This document shows, piece after piece, positions 31,452 to 46,987 of a stretch of DNA of 64,000 nt (position 1 is its first letter; every line of letters begins with the position of its first letter). This DNA is from an uncultured Planctomycetota bacterium (lineage in GTDB: Bacteria > Planctomycetota > Planctomycetia > Isosphaerales > Isosphaeraceae). The position numbers and the translations under genes were made by a program. Location: NCBI GenBank assembly GCA_963823665.1, contig CAWGMQ010000006.1:352001-416000 (forward strand), read 5' to 3'. The notes under the pieces are model-generated. The model did no database searches, was not told the origin of the DNA, and worked only from the letters and a program-made list of their open reading frames with translations.

Positions 31452-32630
31452 TCACCTGCCGTCCGACCACCCGAAGATCCGAGCTTTCGGGAGGGCCTGC
31501 TTCAGTCGCTCGATACCCGCCGGGCTGATCCCCGACCGGTCGAGGTTGAGGCTTTTCAGGGACTGGAATCCCGCCAGCGTCTCGACCGAGGAATCCGTCA
31601 GCTCGGTCTCGGTCAACGACAAGGTCTCCAGTGACTCGAGAGACTTCAGGCGGGCGAGCCCCGCATCGGTGATCGCGGACCGATCGAGCCGTAACCTCCA
31701 GAGGGAAGTCAGGGAGGCGAGATGATCAAGTCCCGCGTCGGTAATCCTCGAACCCGCGATGGTCAGGTCCGTGAGTCGCATCCCCCTCGGCAGGGGCTCG
31801 ATCCCGGCGACCGGAGCGAGATCCGTGATGCGGACCCCCGGCATGTCCAGGAGGCTCAGCTCCTTCAGATTCACCACATGGGCGAAGCCCCGGTCTGTGA
31901 CGTTTCTGCCGTCCAGTTGCAGGACTTCCAGGTCGGCAAAGCCGCCGATGGTCGCCATCTCGTCGTCCGTGACGGCGGCCTCCGGCAACCAGAGGCGGCG
32001 AAGCCTGGTCTTCCCCGTCAGCCCGGCCACGAAGCCGTGGGAATCCGTGAACCCCCGCAGGCTCAGCCCTTTCAGGCGAGAAAGGGTGCGGAGTTGGGCC
32101 ATCCCCGCGGGCGTCAAGTCGGGGGCGGCGTGCCCATGGATCGTGAACCACTCGACGCCGTGGAGCTTCCCGACATTCTCCAGGAGTTCGTCGTCCACGT
32201 TGTCGCCTTCGATATTGACGTTGACCACCGTGTCGAACACATCGGGGCCGAGGGCGTCGCGCAGCCATTTCGGCCCTCGCGGCTTGGCGTCCTCGTCGAA
32301 CTTGCCGAGGGCGTCGCGCATCCATTTCGGCCCTCGCGGCTTGGCGTCCTTGTCGCCCTGGCCGGCCACGTACTGCCAGTCGTAGTAGACGCTGCCTCGC
32401 GTGTTCCGGCGGAGCGTCGTGATCGCCGCGACGGCCTCGCGCTGGACGTGGGCGCGGTGAGCGACCCAGCCGAGGACGCACCCGATCCCGAGGACGACGA
32501 TCATCATTGCGCCCAGGCTCAGGCGGAGCCGCTTGCGGAGCAATTCAACCGCCTTCGAGGGCTTGCCGCTCACCGTCACACGGCTTTCGGATGGGGTCGG
32601 CGATGGTAGGCGGCGTCCCGGACGAAACAA
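31452..32630 (-). CDS. Membrane-anchored leucine-rich repeat protein (start uncertain)
   Basis: LRLSLGAMMIVVL TM segment; ITDAGLxHLxxLxSLxxLxL repeats; ends LKQALPKARI. Confidence 0.85.
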   Translation of the reverse strand: MFRPGRRLPSPTPSESRVTVSGKPSKAVELLRKRLRLSLGAMMIVVLGIGCVLGWVAHRAHVQREAVAAITTLRRNTRGSVYYDWQYVAGQGDKDAKPRGPKWMRDALGKFDEDAKPRGPKWLRDALGPDVFDTVVNVNIEGDNVDDELLENVGKLHGVEWFTIHGHAAPDLTPAGMAQLRTLSRLKGLSLRGFTDSHGFVAGLTGKTRLRRLWLPEAAVTDDEMATIGGFADLEVLQLDGRNVTDRGFAHVVNLKELSLLDMPGVRITDLAPVAGIEPLPRGMRLTDLTIAGSRITDAGLDHLASLTSLWRLRLDRSAITDAGLARLKSLESLETLSLTETELTDSSVETLAGFQSLKSLNLDRSGISPAGIERLKQALPKARIFGWSDGR

Positions 32631-32789
32631 GATCCTCAGCCGGACTCTCAGGCCATCCTAACCCGAGCGCCAGGTTCTTTCAATGACAATTGTCACAGAA
32701 CATGAGAACGGGAACAACGCCCATCATGCCGGTGGCGTGTGGGGGGGTGGCCGCCATCCTTCGTCTCTAGCCACCCGAGCCGGTACCCT

Positions 32790-33046
32790 TGCGCGCTTCG
32801 GTCTGTTCGCCCGACGCAACCGGAGAGTAATGCCGAGTTCGGCGCGCAGATCGCCGATTGACTACGCGAAGTGCTGGAGTCGCTCGAGCGAATCGGCCAA
32901 CTTGGCCGCACGCCGAGAGGTTGGCAGCATCTCTGCTGAACGAGTGAGGAGGACCGTTCCGTTCCCCTGATGAGAAGGGGAACGGAACGGTTCTTGAGCA
33001 GTGAGCCGCGCTGTCGCTGCGCATCGATTATCTTGATCGGAACGTT
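32790..33046 (+). repeat. About 257-bp dispersed repeat with internal hairpin, copy 1 (copy 2 at 45964-46221)
   Basis: Co-linear at offset 13174-13175; hairpin GGACCGTTCCGTTCCCCT...AGGGGAACGGAACGGTTC. Confidence 0.9.
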
Positions 33047-33089
33047 ATCAATTATCGTGACCGGTCTCAGCTGGCTCGGCGCTTCAGGC

Positions 33090-33256
33090 GGGACGGAAAC
33101 ACGGACGCGAAAAGTTGTTATCCAGTTCGGATGGCATAAACCTATCGCGTCCCGGTTTCACTCCCATAACACGTCCCCGTTTCCGTCCCCACGTCCCTAA
33201 TCGGGAGGGAAACTGATCACGTCCCTGTTTCCGTCCCACGTCCCTGTTTCCGTCCC
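33090..33256. repeat. Cluster of GGGACGGAAAC(A/G)GGGACG motifs in both orientations
   Basis: One forward copy at 33090 and three inverted copies in 33171-33256. Confidence 0.75.
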
Positions 33257-33391
33257 ATACTCCTTCAATGGCCAGGGCACTGCGAGAGCCCTGACCTCTC
33301 TGCGTGAATGGCGGGATGGCGATGCCCTCACCGGTCCGGCCGACCGGACTGATGATCCTGCCCGTCGCCGTGAGATTTGCAATCCTCTCGC

Positions 33392-34810
33392 CTACACCTT
33401 GAGCTGCCACGGATCTCGGCGCGGCCGGGCCAGCATCTGGTTGGCCTCCGCGTCATCGAACTGATGCGCGACTCCGTCCCACTTCAGCTTCTTGCAGGTA
33501 CGCAATGCGATTACGCCGATATGGCAGACGATCACCGAGCCGCCGCCAACCGTGGCGTTGCAGATCGGCGGCTTGCGGCTCTTGACGCAATCGACGAAGT
33601 TCTGCATGTGGTTCGTCGGCCGGCCATCATAGACCTTCGGGTCTTCCTTGAGCGGCTCGGAAAGGATCGTGGCGTCGCTGGCAAGGAGCGTGCCGCGGCC
33701 GACGAAGATTGTGCCGCTCTCTCCCTGGATCAGCAAGCCATTCGCGCTGCGGCCAACCGGCCGCCTGGGCGGCTTGCCATCCTTGTCGACCAGGTCCTTG
33801 GCATCAGTGCCGCCACCGTCCATGGCGATGACCTTGGTGCCGTTGTCGTAGGTGTACTGGACGTGGAAATGTGGATGGCCATTGTAGCCATCGCACCCCT
33901 TGTAGGGCTCATCCGCCTTCAGCACCTCGACGGCCACCGGTCCGCTGCCGTCCTTGCCCAGGGCCCATTGCGCGATGTCCAGGTGGTGCGCTCCCCAGTC
34001 GGTCATCTTGCCGCCGGAGTAGTCGTACCACCAGCGGAATTCGTAGTGGCAGTTCGACTGCTTTCCCTTCTTGCGGTACGGCACTTTTGCGGTTGGGCCG
34101 AGCCAGAGGTCCCAGTCCAGGCCCTCGGGAACGGGCGCCTCCGGGATCGGGCCGCTCGTCGGGTTGCCGCCGATGCGGCACTCAATGGTCTTGATCTTGC
34201 CGAGGCGGCCGACGCGGACCAGCTCGACCGCGAGGCGAAACATACCGCCATAAACGGTGCGCTGCTGGCTGCCGGTCTGCAGGATGCGGCCGGTCTCCTT
34301 GACCACTTTCTGAAGCGCGAGCGACTCGGCGACCGTCAGGGTCAGCGGCTTCTCGCAGTACACGTCCTTGCCGGCCCGGAGTGCCTCGATCGCCACCTGG
34401 GCATGCCAATGGTCGGGTGTGGTGACGAGCAGACAATCGAGAGACGGGTTGTGGACCAGCTCGCGGAAGTCGTTCGTTTTGGCCTCAAAGTCCCGGAACC
34501 CTCGCTCACGCATCACCTCCGTGGCGCGCTTGCGATGGGCGGCATCCACGTCGCAGCCCAGAGCGAAGGTCAACTGTCCCGATTTGACGCAGGGGCGTGA
34601 TTCTCCCGCCACCTGCAGGCTGCGGCTCTCGGGGCTGCCGATGCCGACGATCCCCATGACGAGGCGATCGCTGGCCGACGTTTTCTTGGCCGCGCCTTCC
34701 TCCTGGGCGGCCACTAGCTGCCCGACATACCAGGCCGGCAGCCCCGCCCCAGCCAGCGCTCCGTTGACCCACCGCAAGAAACCACGCCGCGATAAATTGC
34801 CCTGTTGCAT
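33392..34810 (-). CDS. Tat-exported Gfo/Idh/MocA oxidoreductase
   Basis: SRRGFL Tat signal; [25 protein letters not shown]. Confidence 0.93.
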   Translation of the reverse strand: MQQGNLSRRGFLRWVNGALAGAGLPAWYVGQLVAAQEEGAAKKTSASDRLVMGIVGIGSPESRSLQVAGESRPCVKSGQLTFALGCDVDAAHRKRATEVMRERGFRDFEAKTNDFRELVHNPSLDCLLVTTPDHWHAQVAIEALRAGKDVYCEKPLTLTVAESLALQKVVKETGRILQTGSQQRTVYGGMFRLAVELVRVGRLGKIKTIECRIGGNPTSGPIPEAPVPEGLDWDLWLGPTAKVPYRKKGKQSNCHYEFRWWYDYSGGKMTDWGAHHLDIAQWALGKDGSGPVAVEVLKADEPYKGCDGYNGHPHFHVQYTYDNGTKVIAMDGGGTDAKDLVDKDGKPPRRPVGRSANGLLIQGESGTIFVGRGTLLASDATILSEPLKEDPKVYDGRPTNHMQNFVDCVKSRKPPICNATVGGGSVIVCHIGVIALRTCKKLKWDGVAHQFDDAEANQMLARPRRDPWQLKV

Positions 34811-34883
34811 GTTGATGCCTCCCCTTGGTTCGGCGGGCTACACCTACCCCGCTTCAATAAATCGAGGCTTCGGGAACAGCGAC

Positions 34884-41350
<6,467 letters not shown>

Positions 41351-41602
41351 CGTGCGGATTCCCTCGCGTAGCGAGCAGGCCGGTCGAGCCGAGGGTCAGC
41401 GGCTCGCCCGGCGCGCGGTCGCGGCCGGAACACCGGCCCTCTCTCAAACAGGGTCATTTTCGTTGTGCTGATGACAGAGCCGGAGCCACGCGCCGCCTCT
41501 GGGTGTCGCCGACCCGAAAACCGCGCGAGCCACGCCACGACCTCAACGCCTCGCAGCCTGGTTATATAATTAGGGAAACACGCCGGGAAGTTACAGCCGC
41601 TC

Positions 41603-44600
41603 TCAGGTTTTTTTATCGAGGTCGGATTCAGGGGCGTCGGGAGCCGTCCTCCTGGCACGCAGAGCCTCGACGCGCCCCCAGAATTCTCGGAGCGAACGGC
41701 GTTCGGGCTCGGGGACTTCCGCCAGCTCCGGCTCATCGCGAATTCCGGCAAGAGCCGGGTCAACCTGCCATCGCCCGAGCCGTTTCGAGACCGCCGCTTG
41801 CTGTTGGAAGGTCCCCGCCTTGAGGAGCGCGGCGGAGGCGGTGAGGTCGGCGCTCAACCAGTCGAGGGCTTGTTTCCGCCAGCGTGCTCGCGACTCCGAA
41901 TCTGAAGGGGAATCCGCGCGTCCGCGTTCGGTCGCGGCCAGCGCCGCGGCGCGCACGGCCTGGAACCGGTTCGCGGCGGCCAGGTCGGCGGCAAGTTCGG
42001 GCGACGCCGAGAAGGACTCGGTCCAGAGGAAAGTCGCCGCGACATACGCGCGTCGAGCGAAGGCCATCCGGGCGAACGACATGCCCTCCTCGGGGTCGGC
42101 CGGAAGTTCACCACCCTCGACGACCGCCGGAAGCCGTGCGTCCAGAGCCATCAGATCCCTGGCGCGCGAAGCTAGATCGCCAGCGCTCAGATAGGGGTCC
42201 GGCGGGGGCGGGCCCGGGTCGACGCGGGCCATGGCATTGAGCGCTTCCTGATAATCGCCCGTCTCAATGAAGGCACGTCCCAGGAAAAGGTACGCTGCGG
42301 AGAAACGGGGATCGAGGCGGACGGCCTCGCGGAATTCAGCGATCGCGTCCTCGATGCGACCGGCCGACTGCAGGGCGTGCGCGAGCGCTTTATGGGCAAC
42401 CGCGGATCGGGGGAACCGTCGCGCCGCCTCGCTTTGTTCCTGAACGGCTGCGGTGCAATCGCCACAGTCGGAATAGGCAAGGCCGATCTGGTCGCGGACC
42501 ATCCAGTCGTCCGGCTTCAGCCGCTTCGCCTCGGCGAATTCGGCTGCCGCTTCGTGCGGCTCACTCAGCGCGAGCAGTGCCGAACCCAGGGCGACATGAG
42601 CGAGGGCGTCATCGGGCCGGACTCCCATCAGTTCGCGGAAGACGTCCGCGGCCTCCGCGGGCTGGCCGCTGATAAGAAGAGCCTTCCCGAGGGCGCCCAG
42701 GGCGACTCCGCTCTTGGGCCGGATGCCGGCGGCGACGGCGAAGAACCGGACTGCCTCGTCGGGACGGCCGCAGGCCATCAGTTCCCGTCCGAGATCGGCA
42801 TTGACCCAGAAATCGTCGCGATGCGACGCTTGGGAACGCCGGAGGAGCGCGATCGCCATTTCTCTGCGGCCGAGGAACGCCAGCGAGGTGGCCAGGCGGG
42901 TGACGCTTGCGACCGGCAAGTGTTCGACGTCCGCGGTTGCGGAGAGCCGTTCGAGGTTCTCGAGCCGACGCGCGGGGCCGCCTCCCATTTGGCCCAGCGA
43001 GTCTCGTAACCGATTCCTCCAAGGATTGGGGTCGGCAGTCTTCGCCGCCGCGATTAGCCGGTTCGCGCCCTGAGGGTCGTGTAACGTTCGTCCTCGCCTC
43101 AGGAACGCCCATCGATCCAGGGCGCTTGCCAGGTCCGCGGCCGCGGAGCCTGCGGCAAGCACGCGGCCGGCCTCGTTCGGATCGAGCTTATCCAGGTCGA
43201 CGCCATAGGCGCGGAAGGCAGAGGCGTATTCGGCGTCGGCTTTTGCCTCGTCGTTGTGGACCCCGAAATCGTTGTGGATGGCGGCAAGCCGCTCGACGAC
43301 GCGGCGGTCCTTCTCGACGGCCTCGGCCGCGTCTCGCTCGCGAACGAGGTCGGCCAGGAACGCCAGCACGCGCCCTCGCTGTTCGGAGCCTGCGTCGCCA
43401 CCTCGGAGGAGCGACTCGCCCCGGCGGGCCGCTTCGATGGCTTCGACCCAGGGAACCGGGTCGGCGCCCGCAGCTCGGGCACGTTCGCGTTTCTTGGAGG
43501 CGTCGGCGAGGGCCGCGTCCACTGCCGAGCGTTGCGCCCCCTCGAGCCGCCGTCGCTCGCGGTCCATCCAACCCCATCCGGCCGCGCCGAAGAGCGCGGT
43601 CGCGAGCACCGACGCAGCCAGGGCCAGCGTCAACAGCCGGCGTCTGCGCTCGCCAGCAGCCCGGGTCTGCGCCCTTGCCTGGGCCAACTCCGCCTCGCGA
43701 AGCCGCCCCTCGACGCCGCGGAGGTAGGCCGTCAGCCCGGCCACGATTATCCCCGCATCTCTTGGCCGATGTTTCGGCGCGGCGGCGAGGCACGACCGCG
43801 CCAGGGCCACCAGCTCCGCGTCCGCGTCGCAGGCTTCGAGGCGTGCAAGCGCATCCGAAAGGTCGGCCATCTCCGCCTTGCGGTACAAGTCCGCACCGCC
43901 TTTGCCCACGAACGTCGGCTGACCGGTGAGGATTTCGCAGAGGATCGAGCCAAGGGCGAAGACATCCGCCCGTTCGTCGAGTGTGTCGAGCTCGCCCCGT
44001 GCCTGCTCGGGCGCCATGTACGACGGCGTTCCGAGCACCGAGCCCACGCGCGACTCCATCGCCGGCGATCCGCTGCGCAAGGTCCAGACGGCGGAGGCGT
44101 CGCCGCTGGCAAGGATCGCCTTCTCTTCGTCGGCCACACCACCCTGGTCGAGCACCTTGGCCAAACCCCAGTCCATGACCTGCACCTCGCCGAAACTGCC
44201 AACCATGATGTTCGACGGCTTCAGGTCCCGGTGGATCACGCCCCGGGCATGGGCGTAGGCCATTGTTTGACAGACCTGCTCGAAGACTGAGAGAAAACGC
44301 ATCCGGTCCTCATCGGGACCTCGCCGCATCGCGAGCAACGACGCGAGAGTACGGCCCCGGACCAGCTTCATCGCGATGAACAGCCGGCCATCGGGGAGGC
44401 GTCCCAACTCGTGGACGGGGATGATCCCGGGGTGCTGAAGCTGGCCACCGATCTGGGCCTCCTCCACGAAGCGGCGGACCATTTCGGGGTGATCGCGGTG
44501 CTCCTCACGGATCACTTTGATGGCGAGATCCCGGCCCAGGTCGAGGTCGCGCCCTTGGAAGATCGCGCCCATCCCACCCCGCGCCAGTTCGCCAATCAAT

Positions 44601-44965
44601 TGGTAACGCGACCGCTGGCCCGTGAGCTTGGGCGTCTCCGGTGACGTGGGCCGGATCAGGCGAGTGTCCTCCGATGATGTGTCACGGAGATGAACTCGCG
44701 GGATTGCACCGATAGCGCCGTCCTGAGTCAGAACACTCGTCGGCGGCCAGGCGGGACCGATTCTCTTGTCCGGGTCTCCATGAACTCGGTTCGCCTCAGG
44801 GTTCCCCAGCCCCGCATCGAGATCTACCGCGAGGGCGGCCCCCAGACGCAACAGACAACGCGGGCATAGGCCCGCCGGCGAATTCACAGGCACGGGGGCT
44901 GAGCAGTCAGGGCAGATTTCGACTGCGGACATCGCCGGCTCCATCGATTCAGTCCGTTCAGACAA
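41603..44965 (-). CDS. Ser/Thr protein kinase with TPR repeats
   Basis: ARGGMG, LAIK, HRDLKPSN, DWG, GTPSYMAPE; N-terminal CxxC...CxxC; TPRs. Confidence 0.94.
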   Translation of the reverse strand: MSERTESMEPAMSAVEICPDCSAPVPVNSPAGLCPRCLLRLGAALAVDLDAGLGNPEANRVHGDPDKRIGPAWPPTSVLTQDGAIGAIPRVHLRDTSSEDTRLIRPTSPETPKLTGQRSRYQLIGELARGGMGAIFQGRDLDLGRDLAIKVIREEHRDHPEMVRRFVEEAQIGGQLQHPGIIPVHELGRLPDGRLFIAMKLVRGRTLASLLAMRRGPDEDRMRFLSVFEQVCQTMAYAHARGVIHRDLKPSNIMVGSFGEVQVMDWGLAKVLDQGGVADEEKAILASGDASAVWTLRSGSPAMESRVGSVLGTPSYMAPEQARGELDTLDERADVFALGSILCEILTGQPTFVGKGGADLYRKAEMADLSDALARLEACDADAELVALARSCLAAAPKHRPRDAGIIVAGLTAYLRGVEGRLREAELAQARAQTRAAGERRRRLLTLALAASVLATALFGAAGWGWMDRERRRLEGAQRSAVDAALADASKKRERARAAGADPVPWVEAIEAARRGESLLRGGDAGSEQRGRVLAFLADLVRERDAAEAVEKDRRVVERLAAIHNDFGVHNDEAKADAEYASAFRAYGVDLDKLDPNEAGRVLAAGSAAADLASALDRWAFLRRGRTLHDPQGANRLIAAAKTADPNPWRNRLRDSLGQMGGGPARRLENLERLSATADVEHLPVASVTRLATSLAFLGRREMAIALLRRSQASHRDDFWVNADLGRELMACGRPDEAVRFFAVAAGIRPKSGVALGALGKALLISGQPAEAADVFRELMGVRPDDALAHVALGSALLALSEPHEAAAEFAEAKRLKPDDWMVRDQIGLAYSDCGDCTAAVQEQSEAARRFPRSAVAHKALAHALQSAGRIEDAIAEFREAVRLDPRFSAAYLFLGRAFIETGDYQEALNAMARVDPGPPPPDPYLSAGDLASRARDLMALDARLPAVVEGGELPADPEEGMSFARMAFARRAYVAATFLWTESFSASPELAADLAAANRFQAVRAAALAATERGRADSPSDSESRARWRKQALDWLSADLTASAALLKAGTFQQQAAVSKRLGRWQVDPALAGIRDEPELAEVPEPERRSLREFWGRVEALRARRTAPDAPESDLDKKT

Positions 44966-45022
44966 GCGGCCCTGGTCTTGGTTGGGAGAAAAGCGGCGAA
45001 TGTTACAGAGCCAGACCGAGAT

Positions 45023-45763
45023 TCAGCCCTCAAGGGCGGCGAAGAGCGTTTGGATTTCGTCTTCGACCTCCGCCGCGTCGCCGACGGTTGCTGAGATCTC
45101 CGCGCGCAGCAGCAGGCCGTAGCGGCGCCGGAGGCGATGGATGGCGACGCGAACGTTCCCTTCGGTCGTGCCGAGCCGCGCGGCGATCTCCGAGTAGGTT
45201 CCCGTCGCGGGATCCCGGGTGAGCAGGGTGATCAACTCATCAAACCTGGCCGACCGGTCGGCATCGTCGTACTCGCTGCGAAGCCGTTCGACGACCCGGT
45301 CGAGGAGGGTCAAAGCCCAGGTCCTGTCGAAGATGCGCTCCGGGGTCAATTCGTGGGCAGGTTCAAGCGTGTACCGGCGTTCGGCGTCAAGGGGGTCGAT
45401 CGAGACAAAAGACCGGCCTCCGCCCCTCTTGGCCGCATTCTCCTGCTCGCGCCGGGCCGCCAGTTGCCGCACGCAAACCCTACGAAGGAACGAGCGGAAG
45501 CGTCCCCTGGCGGGGTCGGCCTTGGCGAACAGGTCGCGCTCCAGGGCATAGGCAAAGTAATCCTGAGTGAGGTCGCGCGCCTGCTCCGGCGCGTATCCGC
45601 GGTGTCTGATGTAGGCGTATATTGGATACCAGTACGCATGGCAGAGGCTCGACAGCGCCTCTCGGGCCTCCGATGCATCGCGACTGGCGACCGTGATCAC
45701 GCGACTCCAGTGCGTTGTGGGAAACCGGCCCGATACGTGATCGTCGAGTTGGAGTCGCGGCAT
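45023..45763 (-). CDS. ECF sigma factor (kinase-associated)
   Basis: FPTTHWSRV, LCHAYWYPIYAYIR, DLTQDYF, RGRFRSFL, YSEIAARLG...HRLRRRY. Confidence 0.92.
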   Translation of the reverse strand: MPRLQLDDHVSGRFPTTHWSRVITVASRDASEAREALSSLCHAYWYPIYAYIRHRGYAPEQARDLTQDYFAYALERDLFAKADPARGRFRSFLRRVCVRQLAARREQENAAKRGGGRSFVSIDPLDAERRYTLEPAHELTPERIFDRTWALTLLDRVVERLRSEYDDADRSARFDELITLLTRDPATGTYSEIAARLGTTEGNVRVAIHRLRRRYGLLLRAEISATVGDAAEVEDEIQTLFAALEG

Positions 45764-45963
45764 TGTCTCCCTCGCCGGGGGCCGAACTGATGAGGCTGAT
45801 GCTGCGGAGGACCGACTCCATTATGGCGTCCCAGGGCGGCGGTGACGAGAGTCCCGGGTGCGCCCCCTCGCTCCATCCTGATCCGAGATGGCTGGGCTCG
45901 ATGGCATCTGGCCGCGCGACACAGGCGGCGGGCAGGTTTGAAAGATCCACCTCGGCGAGGCGC

Positions 45964-46221
45964 TGCGCGCGTCGGTCCGATTGACCGACGCAACCGGAGA
46001 GTAATGCCGAGTTCGGCGCGCAGATCGCCGATTGACTGCGCGAAGTGCTGGAATCGCTCGAGCGAATCGGCCAACTTGGCCGCACGCCGAGAGGCTGGCA
46101 ACATCTCTGCTGGGCGAGTGAGGAGGACCGGTCCGTTCCCCTTGCGAGAAGGGGATCGGAACGGTCCTTGAGCAAGTGAGCCGCGCTGCCGCTGCTCATC
46201 GATTCTCTTGATCGGAACGTT
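45964..46221 (+). repeat. About 257-bp dispersed repeat, copy 2
   Basis: Matches 32790-33046. Confidence 0.9.
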
Positions 46222-46553
46222 TTTTGTGTAGTCGCCACGACCAGGGCGCAACGCGTTACCCGAGCAGCCGCGCGATTGAACCTGGCCAATTCTTGCCTTG
46301 TGCGGCACTACCTTAAGATCGACGAACTGGCGTATCCGGTGATTGTGCGATCGTCGGAATCGGCGCCGATTCGCAGGGATCCGTATTTTAATGAAAAGGA
46401 ATTATTTGCTTATACAGAAAATATATCCTATACTACGGCGTCACTGTGGGTGATTCGGGATGGTGCTTCGTGCGGCACGGGTGTTCGTGTCGGGGCACCA
46501 GGTCGATCGATAAACCACCATTGCAAAAGGATTTAGCGCGTTCATGTGCGATG

Positions 46554-46962
46554 GACTTTGGGGAAATCGTCAGGCTGAAGCCTGACCTACTACAGGCGGG
46601 ATTATTGCGTTTTCGGGCGAGAGACTTTGGGGAAATCGTCAGGCCGAGGCCTGACCTACTACAGGCGGAATTGTTGCGTTTTCGCGTGAGGGACTTTGGG
46701 GAAATCGTCATGCTGAAGCCTGACCTACTACAGGCCGGATTATTGCGTTTTCGCGTGAGGGACTTTGGGGAAACCGTCAGGCTGAAGCCTGACCTACTAC
46801 AGGCCGGATTATTGCGTTTTCGCGTGAGGGACTTTGGGGAAATCGTCAGGCTGAAGCCTGACCTACTACAGGCGGGATTATTGCGTTTTCGGGCGAGGCG
46901 CTTCAGGGAAATCGTCGGGCTGAAGCCTGACCTACCACAGGCGGAATTGTTGCGTTTTCGCG
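46554..46962. repeat. Tandem array of 6 x 69 bp, each with a GTAG-type REP-like hairpin
   Basis: Units start at 46554, 46623, 46692, 46761, 46830 and 46899; core GTCAGGCT-GA-AGCCTGAC-CTAC. Confidence 0.95.
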
Positions 46963-46987
46963 CCACATACAGGGTCATGGTGATGCG

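Noticed and set aside
46554..46962. CRISPR array
   Set aside because: The whole 69-bp units are near-identical with no unique spacers, and there are no cas genes in the window.
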